Origin: Myxococcales bacterium
GTDB lineage: Bacteria; Myxococcota_A; Polyangia; Polyangiales; Polyangiaceae
Length of the DNA: 64,000 nucleotides
Direction: 5' to 3'
NCBI GenBank assembly: GCA_043747615.1
Contig: JAYTOU010000015.1
Location: forward strand, 1 to 64,000
The notes beneath the pieces are model-generated. The model was not told the origin of the DNA. It did no database searches and saw only the letters and a program-made list of their open reading frames with translations. This document shows, piece by piece, positions 18,790 through 29,219 of the stretch (the first letter of the stretch is position 1; the number at the start of each line of letters is the position of its first letter). Made by a program: the position numbers and the translations under genes.

Positions 18790-20034
18790 CTACCCCGTCT
18801 TCGCGCCAGCGGCCGTGAGCCTCTCGACGAGCGACGCAGCCTCGCCGGCACCGCCGGCGTTCACGAAGGCCGCCGCGATTCGCGCCGCGCCTGCAACGTT
18901 GCTGCGTGCCTCGGCGACGGCGTCGCGCAAGCGAGCGGGCGAGAGCCTCGCACGTGGCAAGAGCGCGCCGCTGCGCGACTCCAGCACGCGTCGTCCGACC
19001 TCGAGCTGGTCGCGCCCCCAGGGCACGACGCACGGCGGAACGGCCGCCGCGAGCGCGCGCTGCGTGATGCCCATCCCGCCATGACACACCACGCTGCAGG
19101 CGCGCGAGAGGAGCTGCGCATGCGGCACGAAGCTCTCGATCACGACGCCCGCAGTGGCGCGCGCGCGGAAGCCCGCCGGGTCGACGCCGGCGGTCGTGCA
19201 GACGAGTTGGACGCTCGAGTCGTTGCCGAAGGCTGCGAGCGCTGCCTCGACGAGCGCTCCGTCGTCCTGGAACTCGGTCGAGCACGTGACGAGCAGGATG
19301 GGCTTGGCGCTCTCCGACAGCCACGCTGGCAGCGCCGCCGGCGGCGACCACAAGCCAGGACCGACGAGCCGGACGTTCTCCGGCCAGTCGCTGCGCGGGT
19401 ACTCGAACGGCTCGGCCGTCATGAGAAGAAGGAGCGGCGGGCGCGTGAAGAGCTCCGTGATGTGGGCAAAGGGCGCGGCTCCTGCCTGCTTCCGGACCGC
19501 GTTCAGCGCCGGCAAGAACCGTTGCAGCGGTGCGATCACGAGCGGCTGCAAGAGCCGATCGCGCAGCCTTCCGAGCATGCCACGCGCGGGCCTTAGGCCC
19601 GGCCCGAACGGCGGCGCGTCCTTTGAAGGAAACGGGAGCGGATACGGCTGCCATGTCGCCCAGGGAATTCCCGTGCTCTCCGCGGCGGCCTGCGCTCCCC
19701 AAGCGTTCGTGTCCACGAGCAGGACGTCCGGCCTGACGGCCGCGATGGCGCTGCGAAGATCGTCGATCTCGATCGGAGCCCGGTCGATGAAGGTCTGCAG
19801 CCCCAGCGCGAGGCTCGCCCGTGGAGAGCGCGCTCGCCAGTCGTCGAGCCTGCGTGCCTCGATCCCCGAGGCGACCGCACTGGCGCGCAGACCAGCGCGC
19901 TCAACCACCTCGACCTCGGACGCGAGTGTGCGTACGTGGACTTCATTCCCGCGCTGCGCGAGGGCGAGCGCGGTATCCATGATCGGATAGAGATGGCCGC
20001 GCCCGGGCGTGGTGTACACGAGGACGGTCGGCAT
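18790..20034 (-). CDS. GT1 / MGT-like small-molecule glycosyltransferase
   Basis: PGRGHLYP, FVPHAQLL, CHGGMG, WGRDQ; TGATG overlap with tetR. Confidence 0.9.
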   Translation of the reverse strand: MPTVLVYTTPGRGHLYPIMDTALALAQRGNEVHVRTLASEVEVVERAGLRASAVASGIEARRLDDWRARSPRASLALGLQTFIDRAPIEIDDLRSAIAAVRPDVLLVDTNAWGAQAAAESTGIPWATWQPYPLPFPSKDAPPFGPGLRPARGMLGRLRDRLLQPLVIAPLQRFLPALNAVRKQAGAAPFAHITELFTRPPLLLLMTAEPFEYPRSDWPENVRLVGPGLWSPPAALPAWLSESAKPILLVTCSTEFQDDGALVEAALAAFGNDSSVQLVCTTAGVDPAGFRARATAGVVIESFVPHAQLLSRACSVVCHGGMGITQRALAAAVPPCVVPWGRDQLEVGRRVLESRSGALLPRARLSPARLRDAVAEARSNVAGAARIAAAFVNAGGAGEAASLVERLTAAGAKTG

Positions 20035-20624
20035 CACCGCTCTCCCGTGATGGCTTCGGCCATCGTGCACATCAGAGCCGAGACCTCTGCAGCGCTACGG
20101 CCGACATCGAGCCGCAAGAGCTTCCACACGAAGAGGTCCGTGACCGCCACGAGCGCATCGACGCGCGCGCGCCGCTTGCGCCCGGAGGTGCGCGCAATGG
20201 ATTCGGCGAAGACGGTCTCCACCCAGGCGCGATGGAGGGCGCGGCCCGCCGCGAGCGGCGCACGGAGGAGCGGCACGTCCGCCTCCTGGCGTAAGAGGTG
20301 CCACATCGTCGCGCCTTCGTGCTCGTAGTGAGCGACGTGCTCGCCGATGCACTTCGTGATGCTGCCGACGGGAGGGTCGCCGCGCTCGCCCTCTACCCGC
20401 GCGGCGACGAGCGATGCGCACGCCGCGAAAAGGCCTTCCTTGTTGCCGAACCCACGCTGCAGCGTGGGGATCGTTACGCCTGCGGCCTCCGCAACGGAGG
20501 CGAGGGTCACGCGGTCGAACGGCTCGGTGGCGAAGAGGCGCACCGCCTCGAGAAGCACTCGCTCTGCCGTCCGCTCCGCCTTCTGGGCGCGTGAAGCTCC
20601 GTCGTAGCTCCGACGAGATTTCAT
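20034..20624 (-). CDS. TetR-family transcriptional regulator
   Basis: HTH VTLASVAEAAGVT..FGNKEGL; start likely at ATG 20624. Confidence 0.9.
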   Translation of the reverse strand: MKSRRSYDGASRAQKAERTAERVLLEAVRLFATEPFDRVTLASVAEAAGVTIPTLQRGFGNKEGLFAACASLVAARVEGERGDPPVGSITKCIGEHVAHYEHEGATMWHLLRQEADVPLLRAPLAAGRALHRAWVETVFAESIARTSGRKRRARVDALVAVTDLFVWKLLRLDVGRSAAEVSALMCTMAEAITGER

Positions 20625-20735
20625 GTTTATTTCACACACATCAATATGGACAGAATCAAGACCTGACTCCGAGCTTCGCTGTCTTGCGATCTGTGCGCAG
20701 CCCCCGCCGCCGCGCGCGCATCTAACCTGGGACCC

Positions 20736-20950
20736 GTGACGACCAACGAGCTCAAGCGGGCCACCCGGCGGTGGTCCTCACGGCGGCCGGCCTCACGTGC
20801 ACGCACCATCGCCATTTGCCGCTCCACGGAGGCGGGGCCGGTGCCAGGGAGCACCACGTCTCGGACGTGATGGTGGGGTTCGTGAGCGGCTTCATCGCGC
20901 CGGAGCTCGGACCAAGGGGCCTCGGCCTCGTTCTCCGCGGCGCGTTCTGA
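20736..20950 (+). pseudogene. Internally deleted, frameshifted PAP2 phosphatase remnant
   Basis: TTNELKRATR in one frame, then GHPAVVLTAAGLTCTHHRHLPLHGGG..EHHVSDVMVG..LVLRGAF* in another; these match fragments of PAP2 motifs 1, 2 and 3. Confidence 0.55.
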
Positions 20951-21396
20951 AAACGCCGAAGGCACGCCGTTATCGGGCCTCACCGATCTCGTGGGGTTGC
21001 TTGCTTCTCATCGCCTGCAGGGCGCCGGAGGACGCGCTCACCGCGCGCTGCACCGACGAAATGCTCGCCACGGGAGATCCGCAGCACTGCCAGGTCGCGG
21101 TTTCGGTGCTCAACGGCCCAAAGCGAATCGCGCTCGATACGTCGACGAGCTACCACACGGCCAACGTGCACGGACGCTTTCGTCTAGCGAAGGGCAAGGC
21201 GGAGGTCGTCGTTGAGGACAGCACCGGCCCGGTGTTGCGAACGACCGTGACCGCTGGCACGGAGAGCACGCTCGACGGCAGGGTGAAACTCTCGCGGCCG
21301 ATCGGCGCGACGAAGCACTTCTTCACCTTGGTGGTCGAGCCCGCGGCCGGCGCCGAGCGCCTGACCGGCACGGTGGATTACGATAGCCGTGACTGA
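20947..21396 (+). CDS. Hypothetical putative lipoprotein (start uncertain)
   Basis: LLLIAC lipobox-like motif, beta-rich body; possible CTG start at 20947. Confidence 0.5.
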   Translation: MKTPKARRYRASPISWGCLLLIACRAPEDALTARCTDEMLATGDPQHCQVAVSVLNGPKRIALDTSTSYHTANVHGRFRLAKGKAEVVVEDSTGPVLRTTVTAGTESTLDGRVKLSRPIGATKHFFTLVVEPAAGAERLTGTVDYDSRD

Positions 21397-21597
21397 GCTG
21401 AACTGAGGGATCGGTGCTCGGCGCCACCACGAACCGTGATCCAGCGAGATGAACTCGTTGCGCGCCGACGGTGTGATTGTTCGAGTTTCGCAGACACCCT
21501 TCGCGAGGTGGATACGATGCCGTGTGGAGCACGCGCTGCAGCTTCGCTGCTTCTTGGCCATGGAGGCGGAGTTTAACGAACCGATCCTGCTATCCGA

Positions 21598-24500
21598 TCA
21601 CTTCGGCGGTGAGACGCGCACGCTCGAGAGAAACGCGTCGTCGGTGAGGTGAGCGTTCGTCACGAAGCTCCCATATTCCTCGGGTGAAATCGTCCCGGTG
21701 GGAATTTGCAAGACGAAGTCGTCCTCGAGCACGTTGCCGGCGACGGAGAGCGTGCGCTGAGCGTCGAGCGAGCGGCTCTTCACGTTGAGAGGGCCGGGCA
21801 TCCGCGTCACCGAAGCCCCGCTCGGCAGCTCGATGCGGCGGTGCGCGTGGTACTGGACGGCGCGGCTGATCCCGAGAGCGTTTTCGCGTGCGCCTTGGCT
21901 GGCGTACGTCGCGCCGAGGGTGGTGACGGCGGGGCGGGGGAAGACGACGTGAATGGGATCAATGCCCGGGAGCACCCAGCTGCGGCTGCGCAGTGTCCCT
22001 TCGAGCTGCGCGTACCCAGGAACGGAGACCTCGGCCCGAAGAGCAATCTGCCAGCTTCCTTCGGTGGACGAGAGCTGCACGTCGTCGATGTTCGCAAACG
22101 GAACCCACGCCAGAGCGACGCCCCGAAGCGCTCGCTGCCGTTCGGTCCCCACCACGCGCACCAAGGCCTCGGCGATCTCTTGCGAGGCGCGGCCGCGCAG
22201 AAGGATCGTGAAGCTCCCCTTTGCGTCTCCCTTTGCGTCGAGCACCAAGCGCAGATCGATCTCGTCCTTCTCGTTCTCGCCCGTCGCCGCAGGCATGGGC
22301 GCGATCCGTCCGTCCGAATACAGAACACTGCGCCCGCGAAGCTCGGGCGAAAATCGTCCGGCGGGGAGCGGAGGCCCCGGCACGTCGGCGTCGATCCACA
22401 CGTCGAGCCCGGGCGACATTTTTCCGAGCGCCCGCGGGTCTTCCGTCGGCGCAAGGTGAGCGATCGCAAGGGGGTGGAGGAAGCGACCGAAATGCGGCGG
22501 GAAGGCTGGATCCGCGCTGAATGGCTCATTCTCGGCGACGACGACCTCGGCACGGATCCCGAGTGACTGGAGCGCGCGCACGATGAGCCACGTTCGGCTC
22601 CCTTCGCGATCGGTGAGAATGGTTCGCGCTGTGGTGGACTGCGGTCCCCGCGAGCGGCCGCTCACGTCGCTCAGGATTCCTCCCGATGCTTCACGCACCG
22701 TCACGCCTGCGGCTTGCACGATGGCCTCGACGACCTGACGCTGATGCGGCGGCGATACCGCTTTCGTCGACTCACGCGCCCACGCGGAAATCTCGGGCTC
22801 GCGCTCGTCGAGTGAGGCGAGGTTCTCACGCAGCGCCTTCGCCACCCCCGCCCACGTCGTCGTGGAGAAGCTCACGCCCACGCTGCGATCCATTCGCGGG
22901 ATCCCGTCCTCGCTCCGCCGCACCGATCGATCACGTACGTTCCAGGTGAGGACGCGGCGATCTCCGTCGGTGGTCTCGGTTGCCTTGCCGAGGAGCGGGT
23001 GGCTCCAGAGCGACCCCTTGACGCTCGCGGGAAGGCGCAGCTCGACCAGCGCCGAGGCCACCGCCGTACGATCCGGCAGCAGATCCGGCGTGTCGATGCC
23101 GAGGTCGCCCGTTTCTCCGGGAAGTGCCCAGCCTTCGTAGATCGCTTCGATCGCATCGCCCTGTTCGAGCTGCGAAAGATCGGCGTGCCCTTGCGAGGCG
23201 TGCGGCGTTCGATCGGGCTCGAGAATGCGGCCGTCCTTCTTGAAGATGCGGCGTCGAAGAATGCGCATGGCGCTGCGCCCGCTCAGCTCGGGGGCCTCGG
23301 CCTGGGCGTTCTGATCCACGTCGGTCGTGCCGCTCACCCGGCGCACGTCGAGCATCACGAAGCGCAAGACTCCGTGCGAGTCGACGTCGTAGCGCTCGAT
23401 GTGCTGGAGCACGGCCGTGGCTGCGTCGGCCAGCATGGGATGCGCCCGATCCGCGGCGGTCACTTTTTCGGCCATGCCCGCGAACGGCGCTGCGGGGTCT
23501 TCTCCGAGAGCGCGAAAGAGCGGGGCAAGCCCAGAAGGCGCGTCGCGGGCTGTGAGAGCGGCGGCGAAGAGCTTTGCTTTTGCGTCCGTCGCTGGCGTGG
23601 TGGCGAAGAGACCTGCGAGCGTCTTCTCGCCGGGAAGCATCGCGGCGTACGTGCTTCGGGCAGCCTCGCTGTCACCCACCGACAAACTCTCGCGAAGAGA
23701 CAGCGCCAGAAAAAGCTCCGGTCCTCCGCGCACCGCGCGAACGCGATTGAGCTCTTGGGCCGCGCCAAGGTGATCGCCGATCTCGCGCAGCGCTTCGAAG
23801 CAGCTGAGACTGCTCCGGTCGTTCGGTGCCATCGCCGTGCACGTGAAACGAGCGCGGTTGTCCTGAGCGCGCTGCATCGCCGTTCTGCGCGTATCGGTGA
23901 GGAGCGAAGTCCCCTCCAGCCGAAGGGTCGCGCGCTCGAGTGCCGTTCGCGATCGGTCGAAGAGTCGATCGTGCGCGCTCACCGCGGCGTCGAACGCGTC
24001 GAGGATCGGCAGGGCGTTCGCGCCCGCCTTCGCACGATGAAGATCCACGTCGTTGAGAGATTCGATCCGGGCCTCGCCGGCGCCGCGCCTCACGCCCGCA
24101 AGAACGCCGTGCGCGAGGATCGCTTCCCAAGAGGTGGGCCACGATTCGAGGACCCGCTCGTACGCGCCGCGTGCCCGCTCTGCGCGATGCACGAGCGACA
24201 GATCTTTCGCCGTCTCCACCGCGCGCGCGTACGTCAGGAGAAGCTCCGGAGGTGCGGTGATGCCCCGTGCGTCCGTCTCTAGTACGTGCTCCGCCGTTCG
24301 CCCGTCTCCAGCTGCGAGGGCGGCGGCGGCGATCGCGACCCTCTCGTCAACCCCGTGCGGCTCGGGGTAGGTAACCGCCACGGACGAGAGCGCCCGCGCG
24401 CTTGCGCGTTCTCCGACCTTCGGCGCGTGCATCTTCAGCGCTGCTCCATGCTCGCCCCAGGCGTCGATCTCCAGCGTCTCGCCGTCTTCGTCGAGCCCGA

Positions 24501-25398
24501 CACGCGTCACGATACGGACCCGTCCACGCTCCACCTCGACCCGGGCGAACCTGGCCGCCTCGTCGCCGCCGAGGTCGTACGGTCGGTCGATCACCGTGCG
24601 TCCGCCGACCCGGAGAACTGCGGCGCCGTGCGCGCGAAGTGCCACGCCGATCGTCTGTTTTTCAGGCACTTCCACGTCGAACACGACGTCTCGCAGGCCG
24701 CTCTGCGCGCTCGGCGCCGAGAGATCTACGGCGCACGCGCGTCCGCGGACGATGAGCGGCGCGGTGCTTGTGCCGAACGGACCCGGAGGAGTGAAAGAGG
24801 CGGGGACCGGCGCATCGAAGGCGTCGAGCGGACTCGGCTCGTGCACGCTCGTGATGCTCGTCCACGTGAGCGGTCCGAGCACGGTGACTTCCCGCGCGCA
24901 TCCCCGCGCCGATCGCCAGCGTTCGCTTTCCGCGGCATCTCCGTGGTGCTCGGCGAGCTTCTCGAGAGCGCGGGCGATCAGCCCCTTGGTGAACGTTCCG
25001 TCCGCTGCTTCGAACTGCTTCGGCAGTTGCTGTGAGATCGGCTCGCGACCTTCCGCCGCCGTCCACAGCGCGGCGTCTTTCGTTCGGTAGACGAGAGCTG
25101 CGTCCTCCGAGACCTCGAGGAGCGCGGGGATTCGTCGCCACACGAGCGCGTCGAGGGCCGCCTCCGCTCCAATGATCTGCCACTCGGCCTTGGCGTGCGA
25201 GGCCTCGGCGAGCGCATCGAGATAAAGCTGCCGAGCACGCGCCGGATCTCCGATCGCTTCTTCGCGCACCGCGGCAACGATGCGCCTGGCCACGTCTTCA
25301 CTTTGCGCGGTTCGCCCTGATTTCGCGTCCGGGGCATTTCCGCCGCACGCCGCCAGCGCTACGAGCAGCGAAACACCCATGAATTTACGGGTAAACAT
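21598..25398 (-). CDS. Large lipoprotein, DUF3857/transglutaminase-like paralog with degenerate active site
   Basis: LAAC lipobox; QLEQGDAIEAIY (DUF3857-like); EGSRTW in place of GDC; TAATG coupling to the upstream gene. Confidence 0.75.
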   Translation of the reverse strand: MFTRKFMGVSLLVALAACGGNAPDAKSGRTAQSEDVARRIVAAVREEAIGDPARARQLYLDALAEASHAKAEWQIIGAEAALDALVWRRIPALLEVSEDAALVYRTKDAALWTAAEGREPISQQLPKQFEAADGTFTKGLIARALEKLAEHHGDAAESERWRSARGCAREVTVLGPLTWTSITSVHEPSPLDAFDAPVPASFTPPGPFGTSTAPLIVRGRACAVDLSAPSAQSGLRDVVFDVEVPEKQTIGVALRAHGAAVLRVGGRTVIDRPYDLGGDEAARFARVEVERGRVRIVTRVGLDEDGETLEIDAWGEHGAALKMHAPKVGERASARALSSVAVTYPEPHGVDERVAIAAAALAAGDGRTAEHVLETDARGITAPPELLLTYARAVETAKDLSLVHRAERARGAYERVLESWPTSWEAILAHGVLAGVRRGAGEARIESLNDVDLHRAKAGANALPILDAFDAAVSAHDRLFDRSRTALERATLRLEGTSLLTDTRRTAMQRAQDNRARFTCTAMAPNDRSSLSCFEALREIGDHLGAAQELNRVRAVRGGPELFLALSLRESLSVGDSEAARSTYAAMLPGEKTLAGLFATTPATDAKAKLFAAALTARDAPSGLAPLFRALGEDPAAPFAGMAEKVTAADRAHPMLADAATAVLQHIERYDVDSHGVLRFVMLDVRRVSGTTDVDQNAQAEAPELSGRSAMRILRRRIFKKDGRILEPDRTPHASQGHADLSQLEQGDAIEAIYEGWALPGETGDLGIDTPDLLPDRTAVASALVELRLPASVKGSLWSHPLLGKATETTDGDRRVLTWNVRDRSVRRSEDGIPRMDRSVGVSFSTTTWAGVAKALRENLASLDEREPEISAWARESTKAVSPPHQRQVVEAIVQAAGVTVREASGGILSDVSGRSRGPQSTTARTILTDREGSRTWLIVRALQSLGIRAEVVVAENEPFSADPAFPPHFGRFLHPLAIAHLAPTEDPRALGKMSPGLDVWIDADVPGPPLPAGRFSPELRGRSVLYSDGRIAPMPAATGENEKDEIDLRLVLDAKGDAKGSFTILLRGRASQEIAEALVRVVGTERQRALRGVALAWVPFANIDDVQLSSTEGSWQIALRAEVSVPGYAQLEGTLRSRSWVLPGIDPIHVVFPRPAVTTLGATYASQGARENALGISRAVQYHAHRRIELPSGASVTRMPGPLNVKSRSLDAQRTLSVAGNVLEDDFVLQIPTGTISPEEYGSFVTNAHLTDDAFLSSVRVSPPK

Positions 25399-28300
25399 TA
25401 CTTGCCACTCCGTTTTACGACGCCATCGTTTGCGCTCATCAGACGAACGCTCTTGTGCATGATCGCATCGACGCGCTGGATGAAGCCGCGCCACGCCGCA
25501 TATTTCTCCACCGGGATGAGGCTCTGATCAAAGACGACCGTCCGCTTGATCAGCACGGCACGCGGGTCCTTCGGATCTTTTGCGATCTCGATGTGCGCGC
25601 TCCCGAACTCGCCTCCGTTCTCGTCTCCGCCTGGCGGAAGCTCGCCCCAGCGGTACCCGGCCGGCGCGATCACCCGGATGGTCCGGCGTTGATGGCTGGG
25701 CGCAAGGTGCGACGGCAGAGACACGGGGAGCGTGCGCTTTACGAGCGGCGCAAGTTGGTAGGCAAGCGTGGCGCTCGGCGACAACGGCACCACCAGCTCG
25801 CCTTGCTCGTGGCGAGCGAGGCCATCGGAGTGCGCGCTGTACTTCACCCAGGCCTGACCGTTTTTCAGGTTCCCGTTGAAGTCGATTTTCTTGTCGACTT
25901 GCACGGTCGGAAACCAACTTCCCACCAGATTGTCCTCTACGTACTGCGCGCGCGCATCGGCCTGCGTGAGGTAGCTTCGCAGCCAAAATGCGCCGTCTCC
26001 GGTGTGTTTCTCTTCGCCGACCAGATCGCCCGAGCCGTCCGCGTGCAGGGTGATGGTCCAGCTCACTTCCGAGCCGTGATCGTCCGGGGAGCTCGCCGGC
26101 ATCTGGACGACTTCGGCGGGCCCGGCGTCCATCCGCAGCGCGACGGCGCGTGCGTCCATCGAGGGGAGCGGTCCGAGCCGCGACTGAGGGCTCGTGGCGT
26201 CCAGATATTTTCCTCCGTTCGGTCCGGGAAGAAAAGCAATCCCGTGATCGAACATGGGAACGGCCACGTTCTTGGCGAGGAGCACGGAGGGCTGGCCGGT
26301 CTCGCGCGTCTGGACCATGACTTCTTGAGCGTCGATCCCCACGCTTCGAAGTAGAGTGATGAGTAGGATCGCTTTGTCGTCGCAGTCACCTTCGCGCCGC
26401 GCGAGCAGTTGCTGCGGGCGGTTCGGGAGCCACCACTCGCCGCTCACGTAGTTCACATAGCGGATGTCGTCGGCGACGAAGTCGAAGAGCGCTTCGAGCT
26501 TGGCCTCGCGCGTGACCTTCCCCTTCGTGAGCTCCGCCGCCAGGCGCCTCACCTCGGCATCGGGCTCGGTGAAGCCGCGCACCGCTTCGGCGTACCAGGT
26601 GCGAAATTCTCCCCAGTTGCGAAAGGTCGAGCCCACGATCACCGGGACCACTTCGGTCAGCTGCGGGGCAAGCGGCTCCTCGGCGATGATGACCGGCTTG
26701 TCCCAGATCAGACGGGTGACGTGGCGTCCGTTGTCGTCGCGCTCTTCGCGGCGATCCGGCGCTCCGTGGATCACGTCGAGGTAGAGCGGGTGCTGGGGCG
26801 ACGTCTCGACGACCACCTCGTTGTAGAGGAGCGGATGGGTCGACGTTGAGCCGGCGTAGTCGAGAAAGTAGAACGGAGGATCTCCGCGACCGCCCACCGC
26901 GGCGCTCGTCCACGTGCGGATCGCGACCTCCACGGTGTCGCCGGGCGACAGCTCGGGCCAGCGAATGCGCGGCCTCGATCCTTCGTTGTGCTCTTCGACC
27001 GGGAACGCCGTGCCGCCGTCCTTGTGATGCACGCGCGCCCGCAGGATCTCGGTGAGATCGCCCTCGGCCGGGATGTCCTCGAGGAGCTCCTCTTGGGTGC
27101 GCGGTGAGATGACGATCTCGCGTGCGTAGTGAATGAGCTGCGAGACGCGCTTGTCGGGATGCATGACGACGGCGCGAAGCCAGTAGAGCTCGCGATCGGC
27201 GACGTCGGGTACCACACCGACAGCGGGCGCACCCTGGCGTTTGGCGAGGATGGCTTGCGAGGTGACGAGGTATTTTTCGTCGCCTTGGTCCTTCGTGCGG
27301 TCCGTGGTCTGGCTTGTTCCGGGCTCACGAGGCGCACGCATGGCGAGCTCTGCGCGGAAGCGGGCTTCTCCGGGGGCGAGATCGCGGGCACGCCGGAGCG
27401 CCGCCATCGTCCCGGCATTGTCCTGACCCTTCTTCGACGTGGCTGCGAGCTCGTCGGCGAGAGCTCCCCACGCGTCGGCCTCGTTCGGGGACCACGTCAC
27501 GAGCTCCGTCAGCAGCGAAGCGGCGACCTCGTGCTCTCCGGCCCGCGACGCAACCCGCGCAACGGCGAGGCCCTCATCGGCATCTTCCAGGCCTCCGTCG
27601 AACGCGGCTTTCGCGGCAGCGACGATCGCTTTCGAGCCGCGCACGCCGGCGGATTCGACCGCGGCAGCGTCGGAATATCCGCGCTGGGTGAGAGCCTCGC
27701 GCGTCTTCAGCGTGCGGGCAACGTCGTACGATGCGGCCACGGCAGCGAGGTGCTCGAGGAGCCGCGTCGGCACGGTCGTCGGAGCCGCGTCGACGGCGGC
27801 CGCAAGCTCGCGCATGGCGCTCACTCGAAGAGCCTCGGTGCCGAGCCCGAGGTTCGTCGATGCGCGAAGGAGCACGGCCTCCGCGTCGGTCGCCGTAGCG
27901 ACGCTGGACCCACGCACGGTCGCCATGGCCCAGTCCGGCATGTGGGCGTTCAGATGCTCGGCGACGAGACGGCGATCGGTGAACGCTTTGGTCGCCACGT
28001 CTCCGCTTGCTTCGGCCTGACTTCGCGCGCGATTGAGCCACCCGCTGCGGTTCGCTCCCGACGGCGCGATGTAACCGACCATGGCCAGGCGATCGGCGTC
28101 GAGCCCTGGGGCCCGGCTGATCGCGTCGAGCATTCCAGCCGCACGCGGGCTCTTCAAGTCGTCGGCGCCCCCGAGTGTCCGCACGATGGCCGCGTCGAGC
28201 AGCGCGTCGATTTCGGCTTGATTTTGGCCGCGGCGAGCGAACGCTCCATCTTGCGCAGCGAGGGTTCGGGAGAGCGGTGTGGTCAGCTTTTGCACCGTGA

Positions 28301-29219
28301 CCTTCGCTCCGCCGGTGGGGGCGGGCGGATCTCTCAGCTCGGCGCTCGCGGTCACGGCAATCGGCGCGCCGCTCTCGGCCGTGATCCGGATACGGACGTG
28401 CCCATCGTCGGCGAGCGCGCCGCTGCACACCTTCGCGGTGATCAAGTGATCACCGGCCTTCGCTTCGACCTTTGCGGCCAGGCGATCGAGGAGCGCGGAC
28501 GCATGCACGTCTTCGCTCTTGCCGAGCTCGACACCGTCGAACATCAGTCGTACTTGCCCTGTCGCTGCGAGACGAACGACGATCGGTTTGCCGTCGAGCG
28601 ACACGCGGGTGGCGGCGATGGTGCAGCTCTCTTTTCGCGGATGGATGAACAGATCGAGCGGCACTCCGCGTGCGGTTGCGTAGTTTGCGGGCACCGTCCG
28701 CCAGGGGACGTCGATCGTTCCCCACGAGTAGCGCGCACGCATGTCGCCGAACGAGTGCCCTTTTTCTTCCGGCCCCTCCTTGGCGACGAGCCCACCGCCG
28801 GTGTCACGGAAAGGGCCTACAATAGCCAGCTCGGTGATGATCCCGAGCTTCTTGTCGAGGGCCGTCCCCGCGGCCGTTCCCTCGTCGCCGGAAAGAGAGC
28901 GGGCAACGGCGGCCGCCTCGCCTCGCACGTCCTCGGCGATGTCCGTCCCGCGAGCGATGTCATCGAGGGCCTTCGTTGCCCGGCCGTAGCTGGCCCGATC
29001 CGCGAGGTCGGCGAGGTTCACGATGCTGGCCACGACGTCTCGTTCGGGCGCCTTCGTGGCAAGCGCGCGCGCTCTCGCGCCGTCGACCATGCCGTCCGGA
29101 GTCTCGGCGGTGAAACGGGGCGTGTTGCCCGTCGGCTCGGGGCGTGGAGCGCTCCCCCCGGCAGCGACACAAAACGTTGCGAGCACGACGAGAGCAACAC
29201 GGGCGGGACGGGCGGGCAT
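25398..29219 (-). CDS. Large secreted DUF3857 + transglutaminase-like (Cys-His-Asp) protein with helical-repeat and jelly-roll-like regions
   Basis: Signal peptide; PELSPGDTVE, DIRYV, EGDCDDKA, FDHGIA, YLDATS. Confidence 0.85.
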   Translation of the reverse strand: MPARPARVALVVLATFCVAAGGSAPRPEPTGNTPRFTAETPDGMVDGARARALATKAPERDVVASIVNLADLADRASYGRATKALDDIARGTDIAEDVRGEAAAVARSLSGDEGTAAGTALDKKLGIITELAIVGPFRDTGGGLVAKEGPEEKGHSFGDMRARYSWGTIDVPWRTVPANYATARGVPLDLFIHPRKESCTIAATRVSLDGKPIVVRLAATGQVRLMFDGVELGKSEDVHASALLDRLAAKVEAKAGDHLITAKVCSGALADDGHVRIRITAESGAPIAVTASAELRDPPAPTGGAKVTVQKLTTPLSRTLAAQDGAFARRGQNQAEIDALLDAAIVRTLGGADDLKSPRAAGMLDAISRAPGLDADRLAMVGYIAPSGANRSGWLNRARSQAEASGDVATKAFTDRRLVAEHLNAHMPDWAMATVRGSSVATATDAEAVLLRASTNLGLGTEALRVSAMRELAAAVDAAPTTVPTRLLEHLAAVAASYDVARTLKTREALTQRGYSDAAAVESAGVRGSKAIVAAAKAAFDGGLEDADEGLAVARVASRAGEHEVAASLLTELVTWSPNEADAWGALADELAATSKKGQDNAGTMAALRRARDLAPGEARFRAELAMRAPREPGTSQTTDRTKDQGDEKYLVTSQAILAKRQGAPAVGVVPDVADRELYWLRAVVMHPDKRVSQLIHYAREIVISPRTQEELLEDIPAEGDLTEILRARVHHKDGGTAFPVEEHNEGSRPRIRWPELSPGDTVEVAIRTWTSAAVGGRGDPPFYFLDYAGSTSTHPLLYNEVVVETSPQHPLYLDVIHGAPDRREERDDNGRHVTRLIWDKPVIIAEEPLAPQLTEVVPVIVGSTFRNWGEFRTWYAEAVRGFTEPDAEVRRLAAELTKGKVTREAKLEALFDFVADDIRYVNYVSGEWWLPNRPQQLLARREGDCDDKAILLITLLRSVGIDAQEVMVQTRETGQPSVLLAKNVAVPMFDHGIAFLPGPNGGKYLDATSPQSRLGPLPSMDARAVALRMDAGPAEVVQMPASSPDDHGSEVSWTITLHADGSGDLVGEEKHTGDGAFWLRSYLTQADARAQYVEDNLVGSWFPTVQVDKKIDFNGNLKNGQAWVKYSAHSDGLARHEQGELVVPLSPSATLAYQLAPLVKRTLPVSLPSHLAPSHQRRTIRVIAPAGYRWGELPPGGDENGGEFGSAHIEIAKDPKDPRAVLIKRTVVFDQSLIPVEKYAAWRGFIQRVDAIMHKSVRLMSANDGVVKRSGK

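Noticed and set aside
21400..21575. Short minus-strand ORF MAKKQRSCSAC.. (start 21561) with TAAACT upstream
   Set aside because: It runs antisense into another ORF and has no recognisable family; possibly a remnant, but not supportable
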